This document shows positions 52,101-64,000 of a stretch of DNA of 64,000 nt, in pieces. The stretch comes from Antedon mediterranea (lineage: Eukaryota > Animalia > Echinodermata). The notes under the pieces are model-generated. The model did no database searches. It was not told where the DNA came from and saw only the letters and a list, made by a program, of their open reading frames with translations. The DNA is taken from positions 31,034,912 through 31,098,911 of the forward strand of contig NC_092675.1 in the NCBI RefSeq assembly GCF_964355755.1, read 5' to 3'. Each line of letters starts with the position of its first letter. Positions within the stretch are counted from its first letter, which is position 1. A program made the translations under genes and the position numbers.

Positions 52101-53372
52101 ATATTGATGGCAGGTAATTTCCAAATTTCCAAATGTAGCTTACGTGTTCAAATTCTTTTTAAAATCTATAATCATAATCCATCATATTGATGGCAGGTAA
52201 TTTCCCAATTTCCAAATGTAGCTGACGTGTTCAAATTCTTTTTTAATTCTATAATCATAATCCATCATATTGATGGCAGGTACTATACAATCATAATCCA
52301 TCATGTTGATGGCAGGTAATTTCCAAATTTCCAAATGTAGCTGACGTGTTCAAATTCTTTTTTAAATCTATAATCATAATCCATTATATTGATAGCAGGT
52401 AATTTTCTAATGTAGGTTACGTGTTCAAATTTTTATTTAAATCTATAATCATAATCCATCATATTGATGGCAGGTAATTTCCAAATGTAGCTGACATGTT
52501 CACATTTTAGAAAATCTATAAGCACACTCCATCATATTGATGGCAGGTAATTTCAAATTTCAAATTTCAAAAAATGTAACTTGCGTATTCAAATTCCTTT
52601 TTAAATCTATATAAATCATAACACATCATATTTGATGGCAGTGAATTTTATAATGTTACTAATTATTATTGTGTATAAATAATTTCATAGTTATGCAATT
52701 ATATTATATTTAGTATACAGTAGGCCTATGCTGTAGTTAAAAGGTCAATAACCATACTATCGGCCATTCTTGTACAAAATATGCCATTAGACTGGATAGA
52801 AACACACATGTTTTAAACAATTTAAAAAGAAAAAAAAATTCATAAGACCACAATTTTCAAAGTTATATTATTATTATATTATTATATTTGACTAATAGTT
52901 CAAAGGTCAATAGTTGTAGAATCGGCCATTTTTTGTAAAAACATTTCATTATAATAAATATGAATGTATAGTTTCTGAACAATTTGAGCCCTATTTCATG
53001 TCTCTCCGATTATTGGTTACTGAGATACGATAAATCAAGGTCAAAGGTCAAAATGTCAGAAATACGACTTGCATCAATTTTTTGAGAAAATGTGTCATTA
53101 AAGTGAATATAAAACCATATATTTAAAACATTTTGACACCAAAATTAATTATCTGTGACTAGTGGTTCTCGAGATATAGGGTAATTATAAAAAATGGCCG
53201 CCATTTTTAATTATGCAAATTAAGGGCTTAGATGGCCGAATTTCGCTTGGGATCCGCCATATTCGTAATCAGCGAGGTCGAAATATCCTAAACCAAGTGG
53301 ATCCCAGCTTCTACCCAAAAATGCTTCTTGATTCGTTTTCTAGGCCGTTTTTTGAGAAATGGAACCTGTCTA
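49195..53372 (+). mobile_element. Academ (AcademX-like) transposon derivative with decayed XPG-like nuclease and Cys-rich C-terminus, folded back on itself
   Basis: TAG..CTA termini (tagacaagttctatttc / gaaatggaacctgtcta) with 3-bp ATT duplication. Fragments HEESDTR, SRDTDVLV, FHTISGCDTTSY, LPPTSDA..HIKRAHFQ..W, GW, CGCK..C at about 51075-51900. Arms 49228-50790 and about 51560-53329 are inverted copies. Confidence 0.8.
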
Positions 53373-55330
53373 ATTTTCTTACGGCGCACTTTGCGTCGAT
53401 CTGAAAACCAATTACAGCTCTTAAAATATTTCCCGGGCCAATGACAGTTCGTCCCAATAGCTTACCGTGAACTAACGGAACTTTATTTTATATCTTTGTA
53501 TTGTCAAAGTAAAAAATAATACTGTATTCAAATTATGATTTGACAAAAGGCTAATACTGTAGAACGAACGATAGACATCACACTCTGAAAAATTTTCTTG
53601 ATCGTTAACCCGTTATAATAGTATAATTCTGTTAGATTTGTTCGTATTAGTGTCAATTCTATATTTAAATGGTCAACAACCGGTAACCTGTTTCTTAATT
53701 AAAATGTTATGTTTTCTTTTGTTAATGGACACTCATGGCAGGGATGCAAACATTTAGAAGCGGGACGTCGACAATCTGTTGAAAATCGGGAGACTGTTGA
53801 ATAGTCGTCTCAACCACAAGCCTGTGAGATAGAAGGTTGGGGGTTAGAGTGGTTAAGCCCGATAAACATTCACCATCACTTAATAAAGATTTATAGAGAG
53901 TATCTCTTTTTGTATTCACCACGGGCAATGCTTGAAAACAAAAGTCAGTTTTTTATTTGATGATGAGGAAAATTGTGGTTGGCGGGACTGGAACTTCATT
54001 AAACTAATCTTTTGACAGTGTCGGTAAACGTAATACCGATATGAATAAACACCCGTTTTAATATTGAAAAAAAAATTAAACGTGAACACACTATCGTCAC
54101 TAATCACATTGCAACCGTAACAAAATCGGCAACTTGTAATTTTGGAGGGAATATTTTTTATTTCAATCTTTGTTTTGAATGGCTTTTGTCTTTGTGAACG
54201 TTGACATAATGGCATAATTATTCGGAATTATGGAAGCCGTGAAATCGACCGATTTATAACCAAAATTTGCAGAACGCTGATGCCTATATCGTTCGTTCTT
54301 TTTACTTCTTGTCAAATCATAATTTGAATATATTCTGCCAAATTTGGCCCGGGAAATATTTTAAGAGCTGGAATTAGTTTCCAGATCGACGCAAAGTGCG
54401 CCTTAAGAACAAACTTGCGTGTCAACATAAGTGGGAACCGACGTGTTCAACACCGACTGCTTTACGTTCATCATGATTCTCGATCGTAAGAGGGGATGCA
54501 AAAATAGATAGAAGAGTATTTTCTGATGTTGCGCGCGCGACAATACAATACGTTGCGGTAGGATGTTTTCGTTTAGTAGTTCATACGTTGGTTAATGAAA
54601 TATTTATATTACATTTTTCTTCTTTACATAGTACTGTCGCTTCGCCAACCACACTAACCGATACTGATAATATTATTTGTCCATTATGAATACATTAGAA
54701 AAACATTTTTAAACTGGCGAATAATTAAATCAGTAATAGGCCTACTGTAGTATTGGCTACAATGGGGAAAATGTACAAGTTTAAAATACTATACAGAATA
54801 ACTAAAGGAAAATAAATATCTTATTGTATTTATTCATACATTTAGACAATAGGCAAATATTATAGATAATAAACATACATCAACATAATAATATTTAAAT
54901 GCAAAAAAAAAAGATCTCTAAGTTGTATTCACGCGTACGTATAACATTTTTAAAAACAAGTGTAAAATCTATGATACGGACACTTTTTATAGGCCTAGGC
55001 CTAGGCTCTAAAATTAGGCTAAATAAGCATATGGCCATCCTTTACTTCTTACAATTTACTTACTTTAATTTATTTACTTTACTGTAGTTTATTTCTATAC
55101 TTTTCTATACAGTTGGCTATGGCTTTAAATTGTAGGGGACGTGTGCTACAATGCTATAGAAGTTATCGGAAAAAGTGACATTTAATATTGCATTCAATTC
55201 GAGGTCCTTCTTGTGTGTCCGTCGCCTTGCAAATAGCGCGATGTGTTTGTTCGTAAAACTATATCACATATTAACTCCATTAGCGAAAACACGTGAGCTT
55301 GTTCATAGATAAAGTCATGTTTTTTGATAA

Positions 55331-56878
55331 AGCCTGTTTTCCTGTCGACGTTGAAATACGTTGAGTTGCGTTGAGTTTAAAATCGTTAAAGTTGAAAATA
55401 AAATAGCGATGAGGATGATCGAGTCGGACCGCTAATATTTACACATTTTTACGCGATCGTTCATAGTTTCTTGGTTCTCTCGAGCGTTGCTGGGACACGC
55501 GGACGTGAAGTGTTGCAAAACTAAGGCCGGCCACGCGCAGCCGGGACCGCGTGAAAATTGAAAAAGTTACGGGTTTTGATGCTTAAACCCAGCCTAGGAC
55601 ATGCTTTCGTTGATATCTTAATATAGGCTTACACTAAAGACAAACATTAAATTTAATTGGTTTAATATTATAATTTAATTTAACTTACACTTGTTTTTTT
55701 TAAATATCAGACCTTAAAAGTGTACAAAAAAGGTGAAAAACATCGTCGCGTTGTAAATGTTATGCGCGATTTGAACGATTTGCGCAATTTGAAATTGCGC
55801 AAAAAAATCCTTGCGCAATTTGAAATTGCGCAAAGAATTCTTGCGCAATTTAAAATTGCGCAAGGATTTTTTTGCGCAATTTCAAATTGCGCAATCAACT
55901 TGCGCAATTTCAAATTGCGCAAGAAAATCTTTGCGCAATTTTAAATTGCGCTGCACAATTTGTAAATTGCGCAAGATAGTTCTTGCGCAATATGACACCT
56001 TTGCGCAATTTGAAAACGAACTGTAAATTTTCTAATTGCGCAACAAAATTCTACCAGACAATCGGTATTAATAATTTATTGGAAACTAAATAACTCAAAA
56101 TAAAACATAATAAATGCGAAGATGTGTGTAATAAATACATAACATTTATTATTACAATTAAATAATATTATCACTGTAACTTGAAATAAATCAAAATAAA
56201 TGTAAAAATTAAGTTTTTAATATTAGTTTAAGCTAGGCCATGTAACCTAGTCAGTATCAGTAGTCCAGACCCTAGCTAGGCTAGAGTAGTATAGCCGGCC
56301 GCCCGCGCCGCGCCCGCCTGGTGGAACACCACCGCTTCGTTTTCCTTCGTCGGTTCTTCGACGGTATGCTAACTTATAACAATATTTGCACTACTAAAAT
56401 AAGGAAATGCGATATTTATCTTTAATTTTGAATCATTCTTAGAAATTACTATAAAAATATGGGTGTGCATGATTTCACAATCTGTCGAAAAACCTTGCGC
56501 AATTTGCAGATTACTTGCGCAATTTAATACGTTGCTTGCGCAATTTGAAACACATGTTTCAATTCAAATTGCGCAAGGATTTCTTTTGCGCAATTTCAAA
56601 TTGCGCAAATCGTTCAAATCGCGCATAAACATTCAAGAATTGTCAGCGTGTACCTATTTTTTCACAAACTGCAATGACGTAATTTGTGGACCATTTGATT
56701 GGTCAGTTTTAACGATCGTAATCGTTAAAGTTGAACCGAGTTCAACTTTAACGATTTAAGATTTTAACGATTTTCAACGTTAATTTTTACCCCCTTTTCC
56801 TGTTAAATCGTTGAATATGTCAACTCAACGCAACTCAACGCAACTCAACGTAACTTAACGTCGACAGGAAAACAGGCT
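55331..56878. mobile_element. Non-autonomous Harbinger-like element (TIR agcctgttttcctgtcgacgtt, TAA TSD) with internal TTGCGCAA arrays
   Basis: taa|agcctgttttcc..ggaaaacaggct|taa; it interrupts the right arm of the outer foldback. Confidence 0.85.
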
Positions 56879-57479
56879 TAACATAACGATTAAAATCGAA
56901 ATATTTTTTTAGAATCTGTAAATTCAAGGGGATCAGGTGCCGTTTTCGGCCACCTCGACGTATATGGACTATACCATTATAAAAAGATGGGAAAATAGGG
57001 GTGTCCCATTTATTAATTGAGTGTGTTAATGTGTCAAAATACTGCTGCTTTTGTTCTTTTGTTTAGTGCATTATGTTTCAGCAACAGAGGGAAAACAACT
57101 ACGCCCTGCATGCTGTAAAATTAATTTCAGTTTTCAAGTTAATGCAGTATATTATGGCTCTTTATTTCTATATAATTTTTACAGATTTATAGATACAGAA
57201 AGTATATAAAGAAAGTTTTTATTCCAGTTACAAATAAAAAATATAATTTACCTAACGATAACACAGTAGTACATTTAATAAAGATGACAGTAGTACTAGT
57301 ACATTTAATAAGATCTATAACATACTGATTATTAGGTAATCAGTAAAACAAATAAACATTATAATTTTGTCAATGAATCTGTACCATTTTGTTCCCAGAA
57401 AACACAGCGTTTGACATTGCGTGTTTTTAGGTTTGGTTTTTTTTAAACGTTTTAAACACGTTTCTGTGTAGAAATACAT

Positions 57480-58060
57480 GTTCTAATTGAACAACGTTTG
57501 CATCAAAACGTTATAATAGCGAATGCAAAACGGAGCTGATAATGTCGCCATGAAGAGGATGATTGGTGTCTTCCAATATAGCATGGAATACATCGGCAAG
57601 CCGTTCGCTGTAGAACGAGTCAAGCATTTGCATAGACAAACCAATTACTTTCCACGTTCCAGCCAGTACCTTCTCAATTTGGTCTTTATCCTCCTTACAT
57701 ACCCTTACTGATATTCCTAGCCCAATATACAATATGCCCAAATAGAACATCACTGATTAGTAAAACCATGGAGAAATAAGTTAACTTATTTCTCCATGGT
57801 AAAACATAAACATTCTATAGTACAAATATCCTGCTTTACCCCAAAGAACCGAGTTTCCTCAAGCAGTACAGCCTTGTATTTAACTTCTTAACTACGATTA
57901 ACATGTCCACCCATTTAAGCTTTAGTCAAACACTACTACCAAATACTTATAATTGTTAACAACCTCTACTTCCTTTACTTTAATTAATGTATACTGTCAG
58001 ACCAATTATGTTTTCGAAAACCAATCCTTATTTCTTTTGTTTTAATGTTTAGTTCAAGAA
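57480..58060 (-). mobile_element. Decayed Rex1/L2-like LINE fragment
   Basis: Remnants W..HV, RL..LRKL, FY and ILEDTNHPLH, similar to the C-terminus of the 21608-23207 LINE. Confidence 0.65.
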
Positions 58061-59170
58061 AATAAAAAATATGATTTATCTACCTATACGATTGGGCCAA
58101 TTAGAATGCATTTGCCAACATTCTTTTACATATTTCACAACATTATAGAGTTTAGGTAATTTAACCGATTGTAATGTAGTATTTAGGATATTTTAATATC
58201 GATTGTAATGTAGTATTTAGGATGTTTTAATTCCGATTGTATTGTAGTATTTAACATTTTCTAATTTCGAATCGGATTGTACTAAAATTTAAAGTGTTTA
58301 AACCCAGATAGGAATAACATAGGCCTAGTATTTAATATGCTTTAATTTTGATTATACTGTAGTGTTTAGTTTAGTTTATTTATTTATTCATAGGAATCAC
58401 CTTTATATCGGTGTCACACATTTATCAGTTAATGGTGCATCCAATTTACAGACAAAATTACAGATAACATAAGCCACAAAGTTCTAAATACTAATACATA
58501 CCATTAAAACAAAATGTAAACTAATTAATTAATTAGATCTGTATGAAAATACATAATATGTAAATTGTACAATATATATAACTACAAAAATAAAAACAGA
58601 ACAACAAAAATACAGGATAGGCCTAATAAATAAATAAAACATACAGATACATCCTCATAGAGGTGTCTGTTTACTATATTAATCAATTAGTTGAGAGAGG
58701 TAATGCTGATAACATTGTAGATCTAGTAACCCATGCTTTCATTAAATATTTTTTACAATAAAAATCTAAGATTTTTCCTAATGTTTCATTTTCAGTGAAT
58801 AAATTGTCTAGCATAAAGTGGTGTTTTAATTCCTGAGATCCACAATTCAAATTATCCCAGTTAGTACATACTTAATTATTGTCTAACAGAGTTTAATGAA
58901 GAACATTTAAATAAAAAATGGTTTACTGTTTCTTTTTCGTTAGTACTACACATCTTCCATATAACTATAATAACATGCCTTATAAAAAGTACATGCATTG
59001 CTAGTTTTTTATGTTTTGTATTGTTACTTGTAGTTTGTACTGTAGGTTACGTAACAGAACAATTGTATTGTCTTCCCATTCAATAGACACCCTTCTCTAC
59101 ATAAAACATAATACCCCACACCCCTATCATAATAATGGTATAGTCCATATAAGTCGAGGTGGCCGAAAAC

Positions 59171-59810
59171 CTACAGGGTTGGGTAGGTTTGGCCAGTATG
59201 CGTACCTTTTTATGGCCAGCGGGCGTCCCGGATATTGCGCAATATGGCCAGCGGGCGTCCAATTATTGCGCAATATGTTTCAATGGCAGCGTCCGCGCGC
59301 TCCATGCGTGTGAAAAATACGTACAATGCGACAGAGAGGGCGTTATATTTACATTTTCCGCGCGAGATGCCGGCCGGCCACGTACTATTATTATTTATCA
59401 GAAAAAAAATATTAAATAATGTGAAATTTCATTTAAAATGTTTTTTGATTGACATTATAATAGTTAAAACTATTAATAATTATTGTTATTAATTAGGCCC
59501 TAAAATACAGTAGTATAATTTACTAAATCAGTTTAACTTTGGCTACTAGCCTGCTCTGAACAGATAGATTGGATTTTAGAGGCCTCAGTTCAGCCTTGCC
59601 CTACTTGCAAATTCTGTATATATAAAATTAATTATGTATATAGCGCCATCTGTGTCGCATTGTACGTATTTCACACGCACTGAGCGGACGTTGCCATTGA
59701 ACAAATATTGCGCAATAATTGGACGCCCGCTGGCCATATTGCGCAATTTCCGGGACGCCCGCTGGCCATAAAAAGGTACGCATACTGGCCAAACCTACCC
59801 AACCCGTATC
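59171..59810. mobile_element. MITE with about 140-bp inverted arms, inserted inside the right TIR of the 56930-59830 element
   Basis: Arms gggttgggtaggtttggccagtatgcgtacc.. / ..ggtacgcatactggccaaacctacccaaccc; ccgaaaac duplicated at 59163-59170 and 59811-59818. Confidence 0.8.
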
Positions 59811-60822
59811 CCGAAAACGGCACCTGATCCATTCAAGGTGTTATCATCGATTTTGGTCGGATTTTGTGCACACTACCATTTCGTAGGGTCTTCGCTTTCG
59901 AGGTCTTCGGTCTTCGATCTTCGCTTTCGAGGTCTTCGCTTTCGACACACCCATTTTATACGTGATGAAATTCAAGTTTGTATCAGCGTTATCGTGATGA
60001 AATCAGTTGAGAAAACACGAACAAGAATTAAGAGGTAGGCTTTGCAAAAGTTATTCTTACCTTTGTGCGTGCAAAACTTAGTTGGTACTGACATACTAAA
60101 GCACAATTAATGGTACCGTGTTATTGTTAATATCTTTCTCATATTACTTTGTTCGTATAATCTTTATTCAGTGATAAATGAAATGACATGTAATGACAAT
60201 TCGTTTTTCTAAGTTAATCAAGATCGAGTGTGGAGGCATTCATTAAACAATCTAAACTTGGACCACCGTTTTAAAGAAAATGAATGTTTGAAATGTTTAG
60301 ATTCAACCTGTTAGTGTTTCATCGCTGTTGGTTGTCAACTGAATAAAATAAATAAATTTCAAAAAGAAAAACCACAGTATTAATAAAAAAAATAGTTGAT
60401 TTGAATTATGGATACAAACCCCATGAAATAGCTACTGCAGTATGAAATGATGTTGTGAGCATCAGACACACTGATAGACAAACTTCTCTTTTTTTTAACG
60501 GTACATTATATGTTTTTCGTTGATACACCCTACTAAAAAATGCAGTTGCTTGATTTTAACAGTAATATTGCAGGCAGTTAACATTATGCAAGTTGTATGA
60601 TGCGGACCTGGTCTTTACCACATACTTCGTTCGTATCATGTGTCAAGAGCGTTTAGTCGGAATCAAAATTGGAATCAAAAACTACAAGTACATTTTACAC
60701 GCTTGAGAGGTATTATTCCAGAGCGTTATTTCGTCGATCGAGCATTCTCTACTTCTACGAAGCGCCATTTATGCCTTTATTTACTTCCGAAATAGAAATA
60801 GTACTACGGTGGTAACTGGTTC

Positions 60823-61292
60823 AGTGGACCAATTTTAGCACCAGGGGAGCACAGTGATATAAAATAGAAATAAGTCACTGAATTTTAATATCTTTTCGTA
60901 TTTTAATACACTGTGCTCAAGTGGACCCAATTTGGTACCAGGGAAGCACATTGATATAAAATAGAAATAAGTCACTGAATGTTAATATCTTTTCGTATTT
61001 TAATACACTATATGCTCAAGTGGACCCAATTTGGCGTCAGTGGAGCACAGTGATATAAAATAGAAATAAGTCACTGAATTGTAATATCTTTTTGTATTTT
61101 AATACAATGTACTCAAGTGTACCCAATTTGGCACCAGGCGAGCACAGTGATATAAAATAGAAATAATTCACGGAATTTTAATATCTTTTCGTATGTTAAT
61201 ACATTGTGCTCAAGTGGACCGAACTTGGAGCCAGTTGAGCACAGTGATATAAAATAGAAATAAGACACTGAATTTTAATATATTTTCGTATT
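60823..61292. repeat. Tandem repeat, about 98-bp unit, about 5 diverged copies
   Basis: gtggacccaatttgg..gagcacagtgatataaaatagaaataagtcactgaat.. recurring at about 60823, 60921, 61020, 61117 and 61215. Confidence 0.9.
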
Positions 61293-61394
61293 AAGCATAT
61301 ATTTGAATACCTACCGGTATGGTACCGTACATGTTCGACAATACAGTGCCACATATGTCTATAAAAAAAAAAAACAATATTAAAAAAAAAAAAA

Positions 61395-61818
61395 ATATCC
61401 GTCGAGGTTCGAACTCCAACCGATAGCACTCAAAACTGAGCATTACCCGTTACGCCAACAAGTACATGACTGACAAGCTGATAATAGCTAGTCTATTTAT
61501 ACGTGTATTACGTAATTGATCATTACGTCATAAATATCCTATTAACCTTGCTAAAACCAAAATGATCAGTTAGCTCAGTCGTCTGAGCGTCGTGTTAACA
61601 ACACGTATGTCGTGGGTTCGATTCCTACGCTGGTTGGTGGAATAGAGTTAAGGCTATGCGAGCCCCTGTGTTTGGGGTTCACAGACAGATCATACGTCCC
61701 CCTTTCCACCACACATCATGAGGCAACAACATCAATGTATCTGGTGATGTGGTGGAAATGACCCCAAAAGGCTGTGGCAGGGCCTTAGTGCTGAGGCAGG
61801 GAGAGCACATTTAACATC
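61395..61818. mobile_element. Dispersed repeat with two divergent tRNA-like segments (copy 2)
   Basis: Homologous to about 5722-6295; A/B-box-like motifs on both strands. Confidence 0.75.
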
Positions 61819-64000
61819 TTTTTTTTATTTAATTTTTTTTTCAACCTGTATTCGATCTCGTAAATTTTATGTTTGCCGCCCTCAATTTTAAAAGAATTTA
61901 AATTTATTATTTTCATCGCAGGTGTACGAAACGGTTTGGTATGCCGTGCGTTGTTATGCAATGGTTGTGCAGGTGTATATGGGAAAGATGGTATTGTTAG
62001 TCATTCGCGGTCAACACGCCACACTGTTAAATTTTGATTTTGATATCAATGTTGCTACATTGGTACCGAAATGCATGCAAGATATTGTATTGTAATATGT
62101 TATGAATAAACGTTTATGGTAGTTGTTGTGTATGGCCGCACCGTCCCAGATTAAACAGATAGTTTGTCTCCGATGGTTTTTGTATGGGGTTAATGGAAAG
62201 TGAAATAAGATCAAATATAGAACATTTGCAAAGATGCTGTGTTTGGGGTTCACAGAATTATACGAAAAAAGTGACAATGTTTGTACTTTTATGTCTCTGA
62301 AATATCCGCATAGGTTCCAGTTGAATATGTATGTACATTGAGGCGGATTTTCAAAGACACGGTTTTGATTTAAAAAAAAACCACTTTGGGTATTCTGAAT
62401 TCGAGACTAACTATATTACCGTCTGAAATTCAGAAAATGTGACTGCAGGTTGGAAGGCATGATCATCACTAAATGAGTTCTCACGTCACACATTATGGAA
62501 AAAAAGTCTTCCTGTTTTTTTTAAGGCAGAATTTTGCCAAATTTTGTATTTGACCATATTAAGGAGGTATTCGTTTTTTTTTTTGTCTTGATTTCCCCAA
62601 CTTATGTACGAAAAGAAATATCGCTGGGCGGATTCACCAAAGAAAAAAACCTATTCGTCGGCATTTCGGCTATTCGGCATTTGGGCGGTAGGCATCACTG
62701 GAATTACCGACCGAGTAAGCTTTGTAAAAAATGCATAAAATAAAGCAAGTGCTGAATATTATGTGATCATGAAATCTTTAAACGGTTGGGCGTTAAGCTT
62801 AGTAACAATTAGTGTTATCCTTGATTCCAAATTCCATTTCGAAAACCTTGATAAATACATCTATGAATGATGCACAGTTGAGGGTAAGCTAACTCTTCGG
62901 AGCTTGATCATTAGAACATTAAAGGTTGGGTATTGTCAGTGGCAGGATTGTTCGTATTTTTTTTGAAGAAGAGTTTTCCTTACGAACAAACAAGTTTGAT
63001 TTGAATTGGATTCATTTCTCATGATAAAATTGCAGCAAAACCTCCTTTTCGGGACAAGCTGAATTTCCAATCTGAAAGACGACTTTAATGTAGCACATGT
63101 TGACATATTCCCAAGGTAAGCGTTTAAAGTCCAGAATGTAATCACAATCTCCATCGCTCAATGAGACCACCAATGCAAACATGTTCATCTTGTGTGAATG
63201 GCTTTAATGTTACAAGCGTCGTATGTGAAAGCAAGCTATTGTACCCAGTCTGAAGGCAGAAGGCCCTGCTTTGTACCACTCTTAAGGTCAAGTGGCCGGG
63301 TTACCTATAAAATATAAGAGACTGATTATGTATTGTGATAGCTTGGGTTCATAAACACACGTGAAAGATGACTTGTCTCATCTGTTGTACTGGCGAGTGA
63401 AGCCAAATCCCCACTCCACTAAATGAATTGTAGGTCCGACAGGTAAGTCCAGTCTACAAATGTAGGCTTACTTAATTACTTGCCGGGTATCAGAGTGTCA
63501 GGTAAGTCCAGTCTACAAATTTAGGCATACTTCTCTACAGTACGTGTTATTTAGACCTTATTCTACTGTACCATAAAATCATTCCATCAGCTGTCGGATG
63601 ACAACCGAAGAAGTAAGCAGATGAATACTCCTTATGAATCACGAGTTCCTGTTTCAATACACCTGTACAGTCTACTCATTCGACAAACTTCCCCTTCTAC
63701 TTATCGTAAGAATGAAAATGGTAGGATTAGTTGACATTTCCGGTACTTAAGTGTTCTGTATGCATTCATGTATCGTAAGACGATATTAACTGGCTATGCA
63801 CTAGAAATTGTATAATAAACACTTTCTTTATTATAAAAAAAAAGAGGAGGATACAACTCATGCAGGTGAGTCAGCAATTGTGCCGAATAGATGTCGTCTG
63901 CGACTCCACCAGTTTGCCTTCTATTCGGTAGTCCAGTCTAGACTAACATACATTATTTTACCGTACCTACAGTAATTCGCGTTATAGTATTTGTGATTTC

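Larger units (their letters stand above)
56930..59830. mobile_element. Non-autonomous DNA transposon, GG..CC ends, 8-bp TSD attcaagg
   Basis: TIR ggatcaggtgccgttttcgg / ccgaaaacggcacctgatcc; attcaagg at 56922-56929 and 59831-59838. Confidence 0.85.
48171..59952. mobile_element. MULE-like foldback DNA transposon with very long inverted arms, hosting nested elements
   Basis: Ends gggtgtgtcgaaagcgaagacc.. / ..ggtcttcgctttcgacacaccc; 10-bp duplication attttatacg at 48161-48170 and 59953-59962. Left arm (48171-49194, 53373-about 53580) mirrors the right arm (about 54280-55330, 56879-56929, 59831-59952). Confidence 0.88.

Noticed and set aside
55707-56026. Overlapping ORFs rich in LRNFKLRK / AQFEIAQ
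   Set aside because: Artefacts of TTGCGCAA palindromic repeats, open on both strands.
61900-64000. Possible exons of a further gene (donor-like sites near 63115, 63442 and 63866)
   Set aside because: No coherent reading frame or recognisable protein could be assembled.

Overview
AT-rich, intron-rich animal genomic DNA; the repeat families and gene content suggest an invertebrate deuterostome such as an echinoderm (inference). Four multi-exon genes can be assembled by hand with consistent splice phases. (1) A cytosolic sulfotransferase on the - strand, whose last exon lies outside the window. (2) An unusual + strand gene (10047-16639) encoding tandem caspase-8-like death effector domains, a RHIM-like micro-exon, a disordered linker, an IRAK/Pelle-type non-RD kinase and a C-terminal RING-like Cys/His cluster. 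(3) Directly downstream, a gp130/IL-11R/domeless-like type I cytokine receptor (Ig, cytokine-binding module with YSDWS, one further FN3, TM, Box1, long Tyr-containing tail). (4) TRAPPC5 on the - strand, with a GC-AG intron. The rest is mobile DNA: a Penelope-like GIY-YIG fragment with inverted pseudo-LTRs, an 11.8-kb nest of DNA transposons (MULE-like foldback holding an Academ foldback, a Harbinger and GG-ended elements), Kolobok-like and Harbinger MITEs, LINE fragments, tRNA-derived SINEs, several minisatellites, and four tiny palindromes with 7-bp target duplications that resemble P-superfamily excision footprints. All protein assignments come from motif recognition by eye; no searches were run.
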